The translations under genes and the position numbers were made by a program. Below are positions 1 through 6,353 of a DNA stretch of 6,409 nt, piece by piece. Source of the stretch: a virus; UHGV virus genome UHGV-0207123. One strand, written 5' to 3'. Position 1 is the stretch's first letter, and every line of letters begins with the position of its first letter. The notes under the pieces are model-generated. The model made no database searches and was not told the origin of the DNA. It saw only the letters and a list, made by a program, of their open reading frames with translations.

Positions 1-3
1 ATT

Positions 4-315
4 ATGGCAAAAAGATTATTTAAAGCACAGCTTAATCCCTGTCAGTGTGTACACAATCCTGAAATTGATCACATTTGTACAAAACCCGGCTTAGCGCTTA
101 CGCCGAGTGATATTAAAGCTCTGACCGATAAAGGCATAGCCGTTTCTTTGCCGAATGCGCAAAATTTCCTTGCACCTCAAGAAGGTGCTAGTTGGAACAT
201 TGAACCGCAATTTAGGCGAGATGCAACTATGTGTTCTGTATGGGAAACTGAAAAGCTTTCACAAAGACGTGTGATGAAGGCTCAAAAGTCTGATATTCAA
301 TTATATGGAGAATAG
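4..315 (+). CDS. Hypothetical 103-aa protein in the F/G-equivalent position between the capsid and pilot genes. It has a Cys/His cluster, C-x-C-x-H-x6-H-x-C, near the N-terminus.
   Basis: ATG at 4, stop TAG at 313-315, and the pilot ATG at 319 follows 3 nt later, so the two are tightly coupled. It is on the same strand as every other gene. If the window is a circular genome, reading the same frame back across the junction hits TAA at 6398-6400, so the ATG at 4 is a consistent start. I recognise no family from the sequence. Confidence 0.45.
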   Translation: MAKRLFKAQLNPCQCVHNPEIDHICTKPGLALTPSDIKALTDKGIAVSLPNAQNFLAPQEGASWNIEPQFRRDATMCSVWETEKLSQRRVMKAQKSDIQLYGE

Positions 316-318
316 CTT

Positions 319-1503
319 ATGGGATTTTTAAGTAAATTAAATCCGAACAGTTGGTTTAGCTCTGCCATTAGTGGCGGAGCTTCCCTTATTGGTAATATTG
401 TTGGTAATAAACAACAGAATGCCAATATTGATAAGCAAATAGCCTTTCAACGTGAAGAAAATGAGAAAGCAAGAGCGTTTAATAAGGCTATGGCAGAACA
501 AGCAAACCAATGGAGTATCGATCAATGGAATAGAGAAAATCAATACAATAGTCCTGAAGCTATGCGCCAACGTCTTCGTGACGCAGGTGTTAATGCTGAT
601 TTATTCTACGGTGGTAATGCTCAAAATACTGCTTCAGCTTCTCCTTCTGTTACTCCCGTTGCTCCTGCTACGCCTACGGACGTTTCCGCTATCGGACAAA
701 AAGCTACAGTTGGAGATATTACCAATAATGTTGTAAGTCAATCTCTTGCAGCCGCACAGATTCGGAAGCTGGAAGCTGATAAAGGTAAGACAAAGCAAGA
801 AACTGAAAATCTTAAGATTGAAGGTAAGATCCTCTCTGCTGATGCTCTTACACGTGCTGCACAAAACGAGCAGGCTTTAGAAATTGGACGCTCAACTATC
901 TATGTAAATCATTCTATTGCAAAACTGAATCAGAAAGAGGCTGAATTAGCCTCTGCCCGTATAACTGAAGCTGCTGCCAATGCTGATTTGTTGTATGAGA
1001 AAGCGAATGAAGTCAAAGCTAATATCAGAAATATCAATGCGAATACTGCAGCTACACGTTTTGGTATGATGATGCGTACAAAAGAGTTTCGCCAACGTGT
1101 GAGAGAGTTTCAGGAACAAGTACGTGTTAATGATTCTTCCATTCGTCTTAGTTATGAGCAAGCCGCTACATATTTGGCTACCCGTTCTGCTACTGTATTA
1201 AATATTAATGCGGATACCACTCTTAAGTCAGCAGGTGTAAAAACTCAATACACTTCCAGGCAAGAGATGCGTGCCCGTACTGAAATGTATGGTAAGCTTG
1301 ACCGTCTTATTAATATACAAGGTGACCAAGCTGCATTTAATCTCGACTCCGATAAAAAGTACAAAGACCTTGAAAGAGGTGTTAGCCTCGTTACAGGTAT
1401 AATAGACTCTGTTTCCGGTGTAATTGGTTCCGCCGGTTCGTTTATTTCCGGTACAGGAATTGGATTACCCAAACCTGTAGGCATTAGAGGTTTACGTAAG
1501 TAA
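319..1503 (+). CDS. Microviridae VP2/H-like DNA pilot (minor capsid) protein, 394 aa
   Basis: The N-terminus is Gly/Ser-rich and hydrophobic (SAISGGASLIGNIVG). The motif MRQRLRDAGVNADLFY at 562-609 matches the conserved R-x-R-x-x-AG-x-N-P/A-x-L-x-Y block I recall in gokushovirus/alpavirus VP2 proteins. The central part is long, Ala/Glu/Lys-rich and predicted helical, coiled-coil-like as in pilot proteins. The C-terminal tail is Gly-rich (GSAGSFISGTGIGLPKP). The gene lies directly upstream of the Rep gene. An SD-like GGAG sits at 307-310, 8 nt before the ATG. Confidence 0.8.
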   Translation: MGFLSKLNPNSWFSSAISGGASLIGNIVGNKQQNANIDKQIAFQREENEKARAFNKAMAEQANQWSIDQWNRENQYNSPEAMRQRLRDAGVNADLFYGGNAQNTASASPSVTPVAPATPTDVSAIGQKATVGDITNNVVSQSLAAAQIRKLEADKGKTKQETENLKIEGKILSADALTRAAQNEQALEIGRSTIYVNHSIAKLNQKEAELASARITEAAANADLLYEKANEVKANIRNINANTAATRFGMMMRTKEFRQRVREFQEQVRVNDSSIRLSYEQAATYLATRSATVLNINADTTLKSAGVKTQYTSRQEMRARTEMYGKLDRLINIQGDQAAFNLDSDKKYKDLERGVSLVTGIIDSVSGVIGSAGSFISGTGIGLPKPVGIRGLRK

Positions 1504-1507
1504 TTCT

Positions 1508-1533
1508 AGGCGTCCCTGTTCGGACGCCTTTTT
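1508..1533 (+). terminator. Rho-independent terminator-like hairpin after the pilot gene
   Basis: AGGCGTCC (1508-1515) pairs perfectly with GGACGCCT (1522-1529) across a 6-nt loop CTGTTC. A T5 run follows at 1529-1533. It begins 5 nt after the VP2 stop codon. Confidence 0.55.
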
Positions 1534-1553
1534 ACGATTTCTTCCAAAATCGT
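1534..1553 (+). repeat. Second stem-loop immediately 3' of the terminator hairpin: ACGATTT, loop CTTCCA, AAATCGT
   Basis: A perfect 7-bp inverted repeat with a 6-nt loop. Together with the 1508-1533 hairpin it makes a tandem-hairpin structure in the pilot-Rep intergenic region. Confidence 0.35.
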
Positions 1554-1557
1554 TCGC

Positions 1558-1585
1558 GAAAACTTGATAATATATAAGCAACTGA
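1558..1585 (+). other. Candidate (+)-strand origin / Rep nick site. ACTTGATA at 1562-1569 is embedded in the AT-rich stretch GAAAACTTGATAATATATAAGCAACTG.
   Basis: The octamer ACTTGATA is identical to the core of the phiX174 gene-A origin, CAACTTG/ATATTAATAAC, and includes the G/A nick position. It sits directly downstream of two stem-loops and about 80-100 nt upstream of the Rep start. From sequence alone this is only a candidate, because an 8-mer can occur by chance at this genome size. Confidence 0.3.
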
Positions 1586-1663
1586 CACACCTTGAGTATC
1601 AACCGTTTACGGTCAGTGCGATTTGATGTAAAGTGCTCCTTCCGTGAGCTGAAAGTAACTCAT

Positions 1664-3052
1664 ATGAATAAAGATATATTTTGCCTTGATCCTGTTATTA
1701 TACAGACTCATACACTTGCTTACAATCTATCTATATACAAACGTTATCATACTCCTAATGGTATGGTATTTATTGATAAAGATGTCGCTGCAACATACCG
1801 TTATTATTTTCCTAAATATAAATACTCTTGTCGTCGTTTAGGTGTAACTATTGACAATGTAGATGAATTCTACATACCTACATTTGATGGTGAGATCATA
1901 TCTATGTTTATGGTTGTTCCCTGTGGTAAATGTAACCTCTGTCGTGATAAGAAAAAACGTGAGTGGTCATTCCGTGCTATTTGTGAGAATGTATATTCTA
2001 CTTCCCAGCCTCTATTCATTACGTGCACATATAATCCTAGCCATTTGCCTAAACATGGTGTATTTAAGGAAGAGTTTCAACTATTCATGAAGCGTCTCCG
2101 CATGAACTTGACTCGCAAAGGTATTGACTCTTCAAACATTCGTTATTTCGCTGTTGGTGAATATGGTCACAAATCTGGTCGTCCTCATTACCATGCTATA
2201 CTATGGTCGTTCCCTTCTGAACATTTTCCAAACATTACCGCTGTATTACATTTTATTGAACGTTGTTGGCGTGTACCCACTGGAGAATATCTTTCTGATG
2301 GCACACCTGTCACCGATTCTCTTGGTTTCTGTCTTGTAAAGCCCTGTGATAAAGGTGTTATTTCCTACGTCATGAAATACATGAGAAAAGAACCTGCTGT
2401 TCCTAAAGGCTGTAACCCTGTATTCTTTCTATCCTCTCGCAAAAATGGAGGTCTCGGTGCTCGTTATGCCCGTGATTATAAGGATTTTTATATGAAACAC
2501 CCTGAGTGCTTGGATGTATCTGTCACAGATCCATTTTCCGGTAAAACTGAAACTGCATTCCTTCCTTCGTATTTTAAACGATTGTATTATCCTAGTAATT
2601 CCGCTGTCTTAGATAAACCTACCCGTGATGCATTTAAGAAGTTTACACTCCTCATCTCTGAACGTATCCAAAATGAACACCAGTTAAATAAGTTGCTCGG
2701 AGAACCCCTTCAGCCAAAGATTTCAAAACTCGAAAAAGAAATCTATAAGAAATTTTGGTTTCTGAAAGTACAAACCTATTGTAAGCCTGAAATACTTAAT
2801 CCTGATTCCCGTTATTATAATCGTATCTACAAACGTAATCTTGCTATTGAACTAGAACTAGACTATTATATCCGTTTCTTATCATTGGTAACTTATGACG
2901 ATTCGTATATTTCCGTCCGTTCTGAACTGCTTGAAAAAAGAGAATTTTCCCTTAAGCGTAGATTTGCTTCAAAAGAACAGCTAAACTTAAATGATGTTAA
3001 TTACAATATAATCCAGAGCATAAAACTTGCATACGCAAAAGAAATACTATAA
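1664..3052 (+). CDS. Rolling-circle replication initiation protein, Microviridae VP4/gpA-like, HUH endonuclease superfamily. It is 462 aa counted from the ATG.
   Basis: RCR motif 1 FITCTY is at 2015-2032. Motif 2 (HUH) is PHYHAIL, with HYH at 2186-2194. Motif 3 is YVMKY, with two Tyr spaced Y-x-x-K-Y, at 2366-2380. An N-terminal C-x2-C-x2-C cluster (PCGKCNLCR, 1922-1942) is a zinc-finger-like element that I recall in gokushovirus-type Reps. The ORF track opens this frame at a TTG (1592). I prefer the first ATG at 1664 (MNKDIFCLD...), and the upstream 72 nt contain a small palindrome. Confidence 0.85.
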   Translation: MNKDIFCLDPVIIQTHTLAYNLSIYKRYHTPNGMVFIDKDVAATYRYYFPKYKYSCRRLGVTIDNVDEFYIPTFDGEIISMFMVVPCGKCNLCRDKKKREWSFRAICENVYSTSQPLFITCTYNPSHLPKHGVFKEEFQLFMKRLRMNLTRKGIDSSNIRYFAVGEYGHKSGRPHYHAILWSFPSEHFPNITAVLHFIERCWRVPTGEYLSDGTPVTDSLGFCLVKPCDKGVISYVMKYMRKEPAVPKGCNPVFFLSSRKNGGLGARYARDYKDFYMKHPECLDVSVTDPFSGKTETAFLPSYFKRLYYPSNSAVLDKPTRDAFKKFTLLISERIQNEHQLNKLLGEPLQPKISKLEKEIYKKFWFLKVQTYCKPEILNPDSRYYNRIYKRNLAIELELDYYIRFLSLVTYDDSYISVRSELLEKREFSLKRRFASKEQLNLNDVNYNIIQSIKLAYAKEIL

Positions 3053-3057
3053 ATTTG
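3024..3057 (+). promoter_or_regulatory. Candidate Bacteroidetes-type promoter for the small-gene cluster, with a -7 element TAAATTTG overlapping the Rep stop codon
   Basis: TAAATTTG at 3050-3057 fits the Bacteroides sigma-AB -7 consensus TAnnTTTG. A weak TTG (3027-3029) lies about 21 nt upstream as a possible -33 element. The next ATG, at 3084, is 27 nt downstream. This is pattern-match only. Confidence 0.2.
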
Positions 3058-3083
3058 TAGTGTAATCAAAAAGGAAATGTATT

Positions 3084-3269
3084 ATGAAACTAAAACTAAC
3101 ATTTAAATCAGCATCAAAAAAAGTTATTAAAAAAGAAATTGAAGTAGATGCCTTTAGCCTAATGTCTTTATTAAATGACAAAGCTATTATTGAGATCGCT
3201 GAACAGATATACGATGGCGCTCATGAGAGATCTGAATTCTACCTTTATTCTATCACTGATATCGACTAA
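3084..3269 (+). CDS. Hypothetical 61-aa protein with a Lys-rich basic N-terminus (KLKLTFKSASKKVIKKE) and an acidic C-terminal half
   Basis: ATG at 3084 is preceded by AAGGA at 3071-3075 with an 8-9 nt spacer. Stop TAA is at 3267-3269. It is the first gene of a same-strand coupled cluster between Rep and the capsid gene. The basic N-terminus would fit a small DNA-binding (J/VP5-like) role, but that is speculative. Confidence 0.45.
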   Translation: MKLKLTFKSASKKVIKKEIEVDAFSLMSLLNDKAIIEIAEQIYDGAHERSEFYLYSITDID

Positions 3270-3270
3270 T

Positions 3271-3462
3271 ATGAAAAAAGAATATGTTGCCTTATATCTT
3301 ACCGTTAGTAGAAGTTATTATGGTATTCACATGTTGACCGCTTCCTCTTTCTCTCGTGCTTATAAGGACGCTAGAGATTATTGTAAAGCTTCTAATTTTG
3401 AACTTGTAGGCGTTGTCGAAAAACAAGCCTTTAAAGATAATTGTCAAATTTTTAATAGTTAA
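3271..3462 (+). CDS. Hypothetical 64-aa protein (MKKEYVALYLTV...)
   Basis: Its ATG at 3271 overlaps the previous stop as TAATATG, an arrangement typical of translational coupling. Stop TAA is at 3460-3462. The track shows a longer 95-aa version from 3175 in the same frame. That version would overlap the previous gene by about 95 nt, so I prefer the internal coupled ATG. No family recognised. Confidence 0.4.
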   Translation: MKKEYVALYLTVSRSYYGIHMLTASSFSRAYKDARDYCKASNFELVGVVEKQAFKDNCQIFNS

Positions 3463-3465
3463 GTT

Positions 3466-3693
3466 ATGGAAAAATCAACTCTACTTTATGGATCTTTGGA
3501 AATTGTTTCACGTGAAACACTTCAACCGTTACTCACTCTTAATATTGGTGAGCTTCGAAGACCATCTCAACTTGAAAGCATGCGCTCTTCTATTGCGGAT
3601 AATAATCCGAATCTTATTGTTCTTGCTTCGTTTGAGGAAATTCTTAACCCTGCTTATTCCCCCTTAAAAGATGAAAAAGGAACAGATTTATGA
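3466..3693 (+). CDS. Hypothetical 75-aa protein (MEKSTLLYGSLEIVSRETLQ...)
   Basis: ATG at 3466 lies 4 nt after the previous stop. Stop TGA is at 3691-3693. It overlaps the next ORF by 23 nt. It is on the same strand and tightly packed with its neighbours. No family recognised. Confidence 0.45.
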   Translation: MEKSTLLYGSLEIVSRETLQPLLTLNIGELRRPSQLESMRSSIADNNPNLIVLASFEEILNPAYSPLKDEKGTDL

Positions 3694-3865
3694 AATTGTA
3701 AAAATTGTAGCTACAGCGATTATTTCTGTAGCTGCTGTACTTTTCTTGGATAGCTGTACGGCTAGTATGTCTATATTTAAGAATAATTCAGGTAGTTCAC
3801 AGAATACCGAACAGAGTTCAACATTACGTACTGATAGTACTAGTATAAATATTAAATATAAATAA
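3671..3865 (+). CDS. Small 64-aa membrane-anchored protein with a signal-anchor and possible lipoprotein signal. It is a candidate lysis or superinfection-exclusion protein.
   Basis: MKKEQIYEIVK is followed by the hydrophobic stretch IVATAIISVAAVLFL and then D-S-C. The Cys is residue 29, so a lipobox-like L-x-S-C, although Asp at -2 is atypical. After the Cys comes a 35-aa Ser/Thr/Asn-rich tail that looks disordered (SMSIFKNNSGSSQNTEQSSTLRTDSTSINIKYK). Its stop TAA at 3863-3865 abuts the VP1 start as TAATATG. Confidence 0.5.
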   Translation: MKKEQIYEIVKIVATAIISVAAVLFLDSCTASMSIFKNNSGSSQNTEQSSTLRTDSTSINIKYK

Positions 3866-3866
3866 T

Positions 3867-6116
3867 ATGGCAAATATTTGGAATGCAACCTTAGAACCCA
3901 ATAATGATGTAAAACAAAATACATTTGATTGGACACATGTTAACAATCTTACTACTCAAATAGGACGTATTACACCTATTCAGTGTGAATTAGTTCCTTC
4001 AAAAACGTCTTTTCGTGCTAAACCTATTCCGGCATTACAGCTTATGCCTATGGTATTCCCTATACAAACACGTATGCGTGCTAGTATTGCTTACTTTCGT
4101 TATCCTCTTCGTGCTCTTTGGAAAGACTATAAGGATTTTATAGGAAATTTCCGTGAAGGACTTGAAGAACCCTATCATGATTTTAATAGTCAGTCAATGC
4201 TCGAGAAGATGCTTGGAACAGGAAAGTTAATGGACTATCTTGGAGTACCTACTACTCTTATAGGTAAATATGGTAATCCTCAATCTGGTTCTCTCCCTGT
4301 TTTTCATAATGCGCAACCTTCTTCGGTTTTCTCCGGCTTAAATGTCCCGCCTTCTGTCGCTTATAATGAAATTCTTAATAATGTCTCTGATGTCAATTCT
4401 TTATATGGTACCGCTCCTGTTGGTTCTAATTCTTGGACTTATTCATTTTATGAATTTGCTGAGTTCACAGAATCAATCGATGTAGTTACTGCAAAATTCA
4501 CCCTTACATATAAGGGAGATGCTTCTCTTGATAGTTTAGCTTCCTCACCTATTTTCACTTTTGTAGCCAGTTCTGGCGTTGCTGGTGTTTTTTACGCTTC
4601 TCAACGAAATAATGTTTCTTACCTTGTTTCAGGCAAACAGATCGAATACACTTTAACGCTTCGGAAAGAGGACTTACTTAGTACTTATGATCTTGCTAAT
4701 ATCACTGGATTAGGCATACTACTCCCTAATTTTTTGAATAATGGAGGTTTCTTTAATTCTGCTAATTCTCCTCTATTTGAGCTTACGCCGATCACTATTA
4801 ACAATGTTTCTGGTGCTGGTACTGTTTCTGATTTAACATTAACTACCTCTCCGTATTATAATAGCAATTCAGCTTCTAAGGATAAACAAATTAAACTTTC
4901 TGCTTATGCCGCTCGTGCATATGAAGGTATTTATAACTCTGTTTATCGTGACAATCGTAATAACCCATATTATATTGATGGTGTTGTTCAGTATAATCAA
5001 TGGATTCCAACTTATGAAGGTGGAGCAGATTCCACTATTTATGAACTTCGTTATGCTAACTGGGAAAAAGATTTCCTTACGACTTCTGTTCAATCGCCGC
5101 AGCAAGGTAACGCACCTCTTGTAGGTATTACTACTTATGATCAGGTTTCTAAAGTTTATGACGAACAAGGCAATCCGACGTTGACTCAGCAGACAAAAGT
5201 AGCTATGGTTGATGAAGATGGAAAACGTTATTCCCTTGAATTTGAATCTGATAAGGACGAGTTAAAAGGTGTCAAATATGTAGAACTCGATAATGGTACA
5301 ACCGTTCGCTCTGCACGTTCGATTTTTGATTTAGTGACTAGTGGTATCTCTATTACTGATTTACGTAATGTAAATGCATATCAGAAGTTCCTAGAACTTA
5401 ACATGCGTAAAGGTTATTCATATAAAGAAATCATTGAAGGTCGCTTTGATGTTAAAGTGCGTTATGCCGATTTGTTATTGCCTGAGTTCTTTGGTGGTTT
5501 CTCTCGTGATATTAATATGAATGCTATTTCACAAACTGTAGATCAAACTGCTACAGGTGAAGGTTCTTATAAAGATGTTCTTGGCTCTCAAGCAGGTATA
5601 GGTTATTTTCATGGAGGTTCTGATGCTAACATTGAGTGTTTCTGTGATGAAGAGAGTATCATTATGGGTCTATTAGTAATTACTCCGTTGCCTGTTTATA
5701 CTCAATTGTTACCGAAACATTTCTTATATCGTGGACTCTTAGATCATTTCTATCCTGAGTTTAATAATATATCATTCCAGCCGATTACCTACAAGGAAGT
5801 ATGTCCAATTCAGGCATATAACGATTCGCCTGACTCATTGACGGAAACCTTTGGTTATCAAAGACCGTGGTATGAATACTGTCAGCGTTATGACCAAGCA
5901 CATGGCTTATTCCGTACTGATTTGTCTAACTTCTTAATGCACCGAGTGTTTGATAAGAAACCGGAGCTTGCTCAGAGCTTCTTAACGGTAGACCCTGATC
6001 AGGTTACAGATGTATTCAGTGTTACAGATGTTACGGATAAAGTCTACGGACAGATTTTAATTGACTGTACCGTGAAGCTTCCTGTCGCTCGTGTCGCAAT
6101 ACCGCGTCTTGACTAA
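3867..6116 (+). CDS. Microviridae major capsid protein VP1/F-like, 749 aa
   Basis: The N-terminal block NTFDWTHVNNLTTQIGRITPIQCELVPSKTSF matches the conserved microvirus MCP start pattern F-D-x-S/T-H, T, G-x-L-P, E-V/L-L/V-P-G/S. The length and the long S/T/N/G-rich low-complexity insertions in the middle third (roughly 4500-5100) are typical of the surface-loop insertions of gokushovirus/alpavirus VP1. It is by far the largest ORF and is flanked by non-coding sequence. Confidence 0.9.
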   Translation: MANIWNATLEPNNDVKQNTFDWTHVNNLTTQIGRITPIQCELVPSKTSFRAKPIPALQLMPMVFPIQTRMRASIAYFRYPLRALWKDYKDFIGNFREGLEEPYHDFNSQSMLEKMLGTGKLMDYLGVPTTLIGKYGNPQSGSLPVFHNAQPSSVFSGLNVPPSVAYNEILNNVSDVNSLYGTAPVGSNSWTYSFYEFAEFTESIDVVTAKFTLTYKGDASLDSLASSPIFTFVASSGVAGVFYASQRNNVSYLVSGKQIEYTLTLRKEDLLSTYDLANITGLGILLPNFLNNGGFFNSANSPLFELTPITINNVSGAGTVSDLTLTTSPYYNSNSASKDKQIKLSAYAARAYEGIYNSVYRDNRNNPYYIDGVVQYNQWIPTYEGGADSTIYELRYANWEKDFLTTSVQSPQQGNAPLVGITTYDQVSKVYDEQGNPTLTQQTKVAMVDEDGKRYSLEFESDKDELKGVKYVELDNGTTVRSARSIFDLVTSGISITDLRNVNAYQKFLELNMRKGYSYKEIIEGRFDVKVRYADLLLPEFFGGFSRDINMNAISQTVDQTATGEGSYKDVLGSQAGIGYFHGGSDANIECFCDEESIIMGLLVITPLPVYTQLLPKHFLYRGLLDHFYPEFNNISFQPITYKEVCPIQAYNDSPDSLTETFGYQRPWYEYCQRYDQAHGLFRTDLSNFLMHRVFDKKPELAQSFLTVDPDQVTDVFSVTDVTDKVYGQILIDCTVKLPVARVAIPRLD

Positions 6117-6134
6117 TTGGTGAAAAAGAGAATA

Positions 6135-6153
6135 TTTTTTTCTTTTTTCTTCC
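6135..6153 (+). other. Pyrimidine (T-rich) tract immediately after the capsid gene stop: TTTTTTTCTTTTTTCTTCC
   Basis: A T7 run at 6135-6141 and a T6 run at 6143-6148 lie 19 nt after the VP1 stop. The preceding A-rich GAAAAAGAGAA (6122-6132) can pair weakly with it. It may be a weak intrinsic terminator for the capsid transcript. Confidence 0.25.
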
Positions 6154-6217
6154 GACACTGCCTCATCAAGCAGAACGAGCGATATGACCAAGGGTTCTTG
6201 TAGTAAAAATTGTTAAA

Positions 6218-6243
6218 TGCGTGCGCGCGCTTGCGTGTGCGCG
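6218..6243. repeat. 26-nt all-G/C/T alternating purine-pyrimidine tract TGCGTGCGCGCGCTTGCGTGTGCGCG, which is two imperfect direct copies of a TGCGTGCGCGCG-type unit
   Basis: The pyrimidine/purine alternation is perfect for 13 nt, then a TT break, then 11 more nt. It is GC-only in an otherwise AT-rich non-coding region. Related GCGTG-type motifs occur at 6218-6225, 6231-6238 and 6372-6380. It has Z-DNA-prone composition and is a possible protein-binding or iteron element. Confidence 0.5.
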
Positions 6244-6295
6244 TATTTAATCATTTTTAGTGCAAGGTTCATTGGACATTTCGAGCGTTCTACCT

Positions 6296-6303
6296 TATCT
6301 TTG
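6296..6303 (+). promoter_or_regulatory. Candidate Bacteroidetes -7 promoter element TATCTTTG in the large non-coding region
   Basis: It matches TAnnTTTG. If the genome is circular, it could drive the 103-aa ORF/pilot operon that starts about 120 nt downstream across the junction. I could not identify a clear -33 TTTG. Confidence 0.15.
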
Positions 6304-6312
6304 CAGTTTCGT

Positions 6313-6333
6313 AAGATTAAAGATTAAAAGATT
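6313..6333. repeat. Tandem heptamer repeat AAGATTA x about 3 (AAGATTA AAGATTA AAAGATT)
   Basis: The direct repeats are visible at 6313-6319, 6320-6326 and 6327-6333. This is an iteron-like arrangement lying between the promoter-like element and the GC hairpin. Confidence 0.4.
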
Positions 6334-6339
6334 CTCTCC

Positions 6340-6353
6340 CCGGCGTATGCCGG
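6340..6353. repeat. Short GC hairpin: CCGGC, loop GTAT, GCCGG
   Basis: A perfect 5-bp GC stem with a 4-nt loop is followed by the A-rich run ACAAAAATAGCAAC. It stands out against the AT-rich background. Confidence 0.3.

Noticed and set aside
337-1484. Minus-strand ORFs 337..570, 634..864, 946..1161 and 1245..1484, and the + alternate-frame ORF 452..736 with a poly-Leu run, all inside the pilot gene
   Set aside because: They are fully embedded in a well-supported 394-aa gene and have odd composition (Leu/Ile/Arg-rich, low-complexity). That is typical of out-of-frame or antisense translation of an AT-rich gene. Microviruses transcribe one strand only.
1592-1663. TTG-initiated 24-codon N-terminal extension of Rep used by the ORF track
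   Set aside because: The first ATG (1664) gives a conventional start that leaves the hairpin and palindrome region as the 5' leader. TTG starts are rare, and nothing supports the extension.
1863-2339. Two very hydrophobic + strand alternate-frame ORFs inside Rep (1863..2090 and 2124..2339), reminiscent of phiX174 overprinted genes B/K/E
   Set aside because: Off-frame reading of T-rich third positions generates Leu/Ile/Val/Phe-rich peptides by default. I see no start context and cannot check conservation. I kept the idea only as a remote possibility.
3175-3667. Longer 95-aa ORF 3175..3462 and overlapping 84-aa hydrophobic ORF 3413..3667
   Set aside because: The coupled internal ATG at 3271 (TAATATG) gives a non-overlapping gene model. 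The 3413..3667 frame is Leu/Ile-rich low-complexity, consistent with out-of-frame translation. An embedded E-like lysis gene cannot be fully excluded.
3688-3936. Minus-strand 82-aa ORF spanning the ORF-D/VP1 junction
   Set aside because: It is antisense to two supported + strand genes and spans the conserved VP1 N-terminus. It is likely spurious.
4869-5168. Minus-strand 99-aa ORF 4869..5168 and + alternate-frame 72-aa ORF 4906..5124 inside VP1
   Set aside because: They are embedded in the capsid gene's low-complexity insertion region. Their composition is consistent with frame artefacts.
6236-6263. Direct call of a XerC/D dif-like attP site
   Set aside because: Only about 8 of 11 positions resemble the E. 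coli XerC arm. I do not know the Bacteroidetes dif consensus well enough to call it. I kept it as a hypothesis in the findings, not as a feature.
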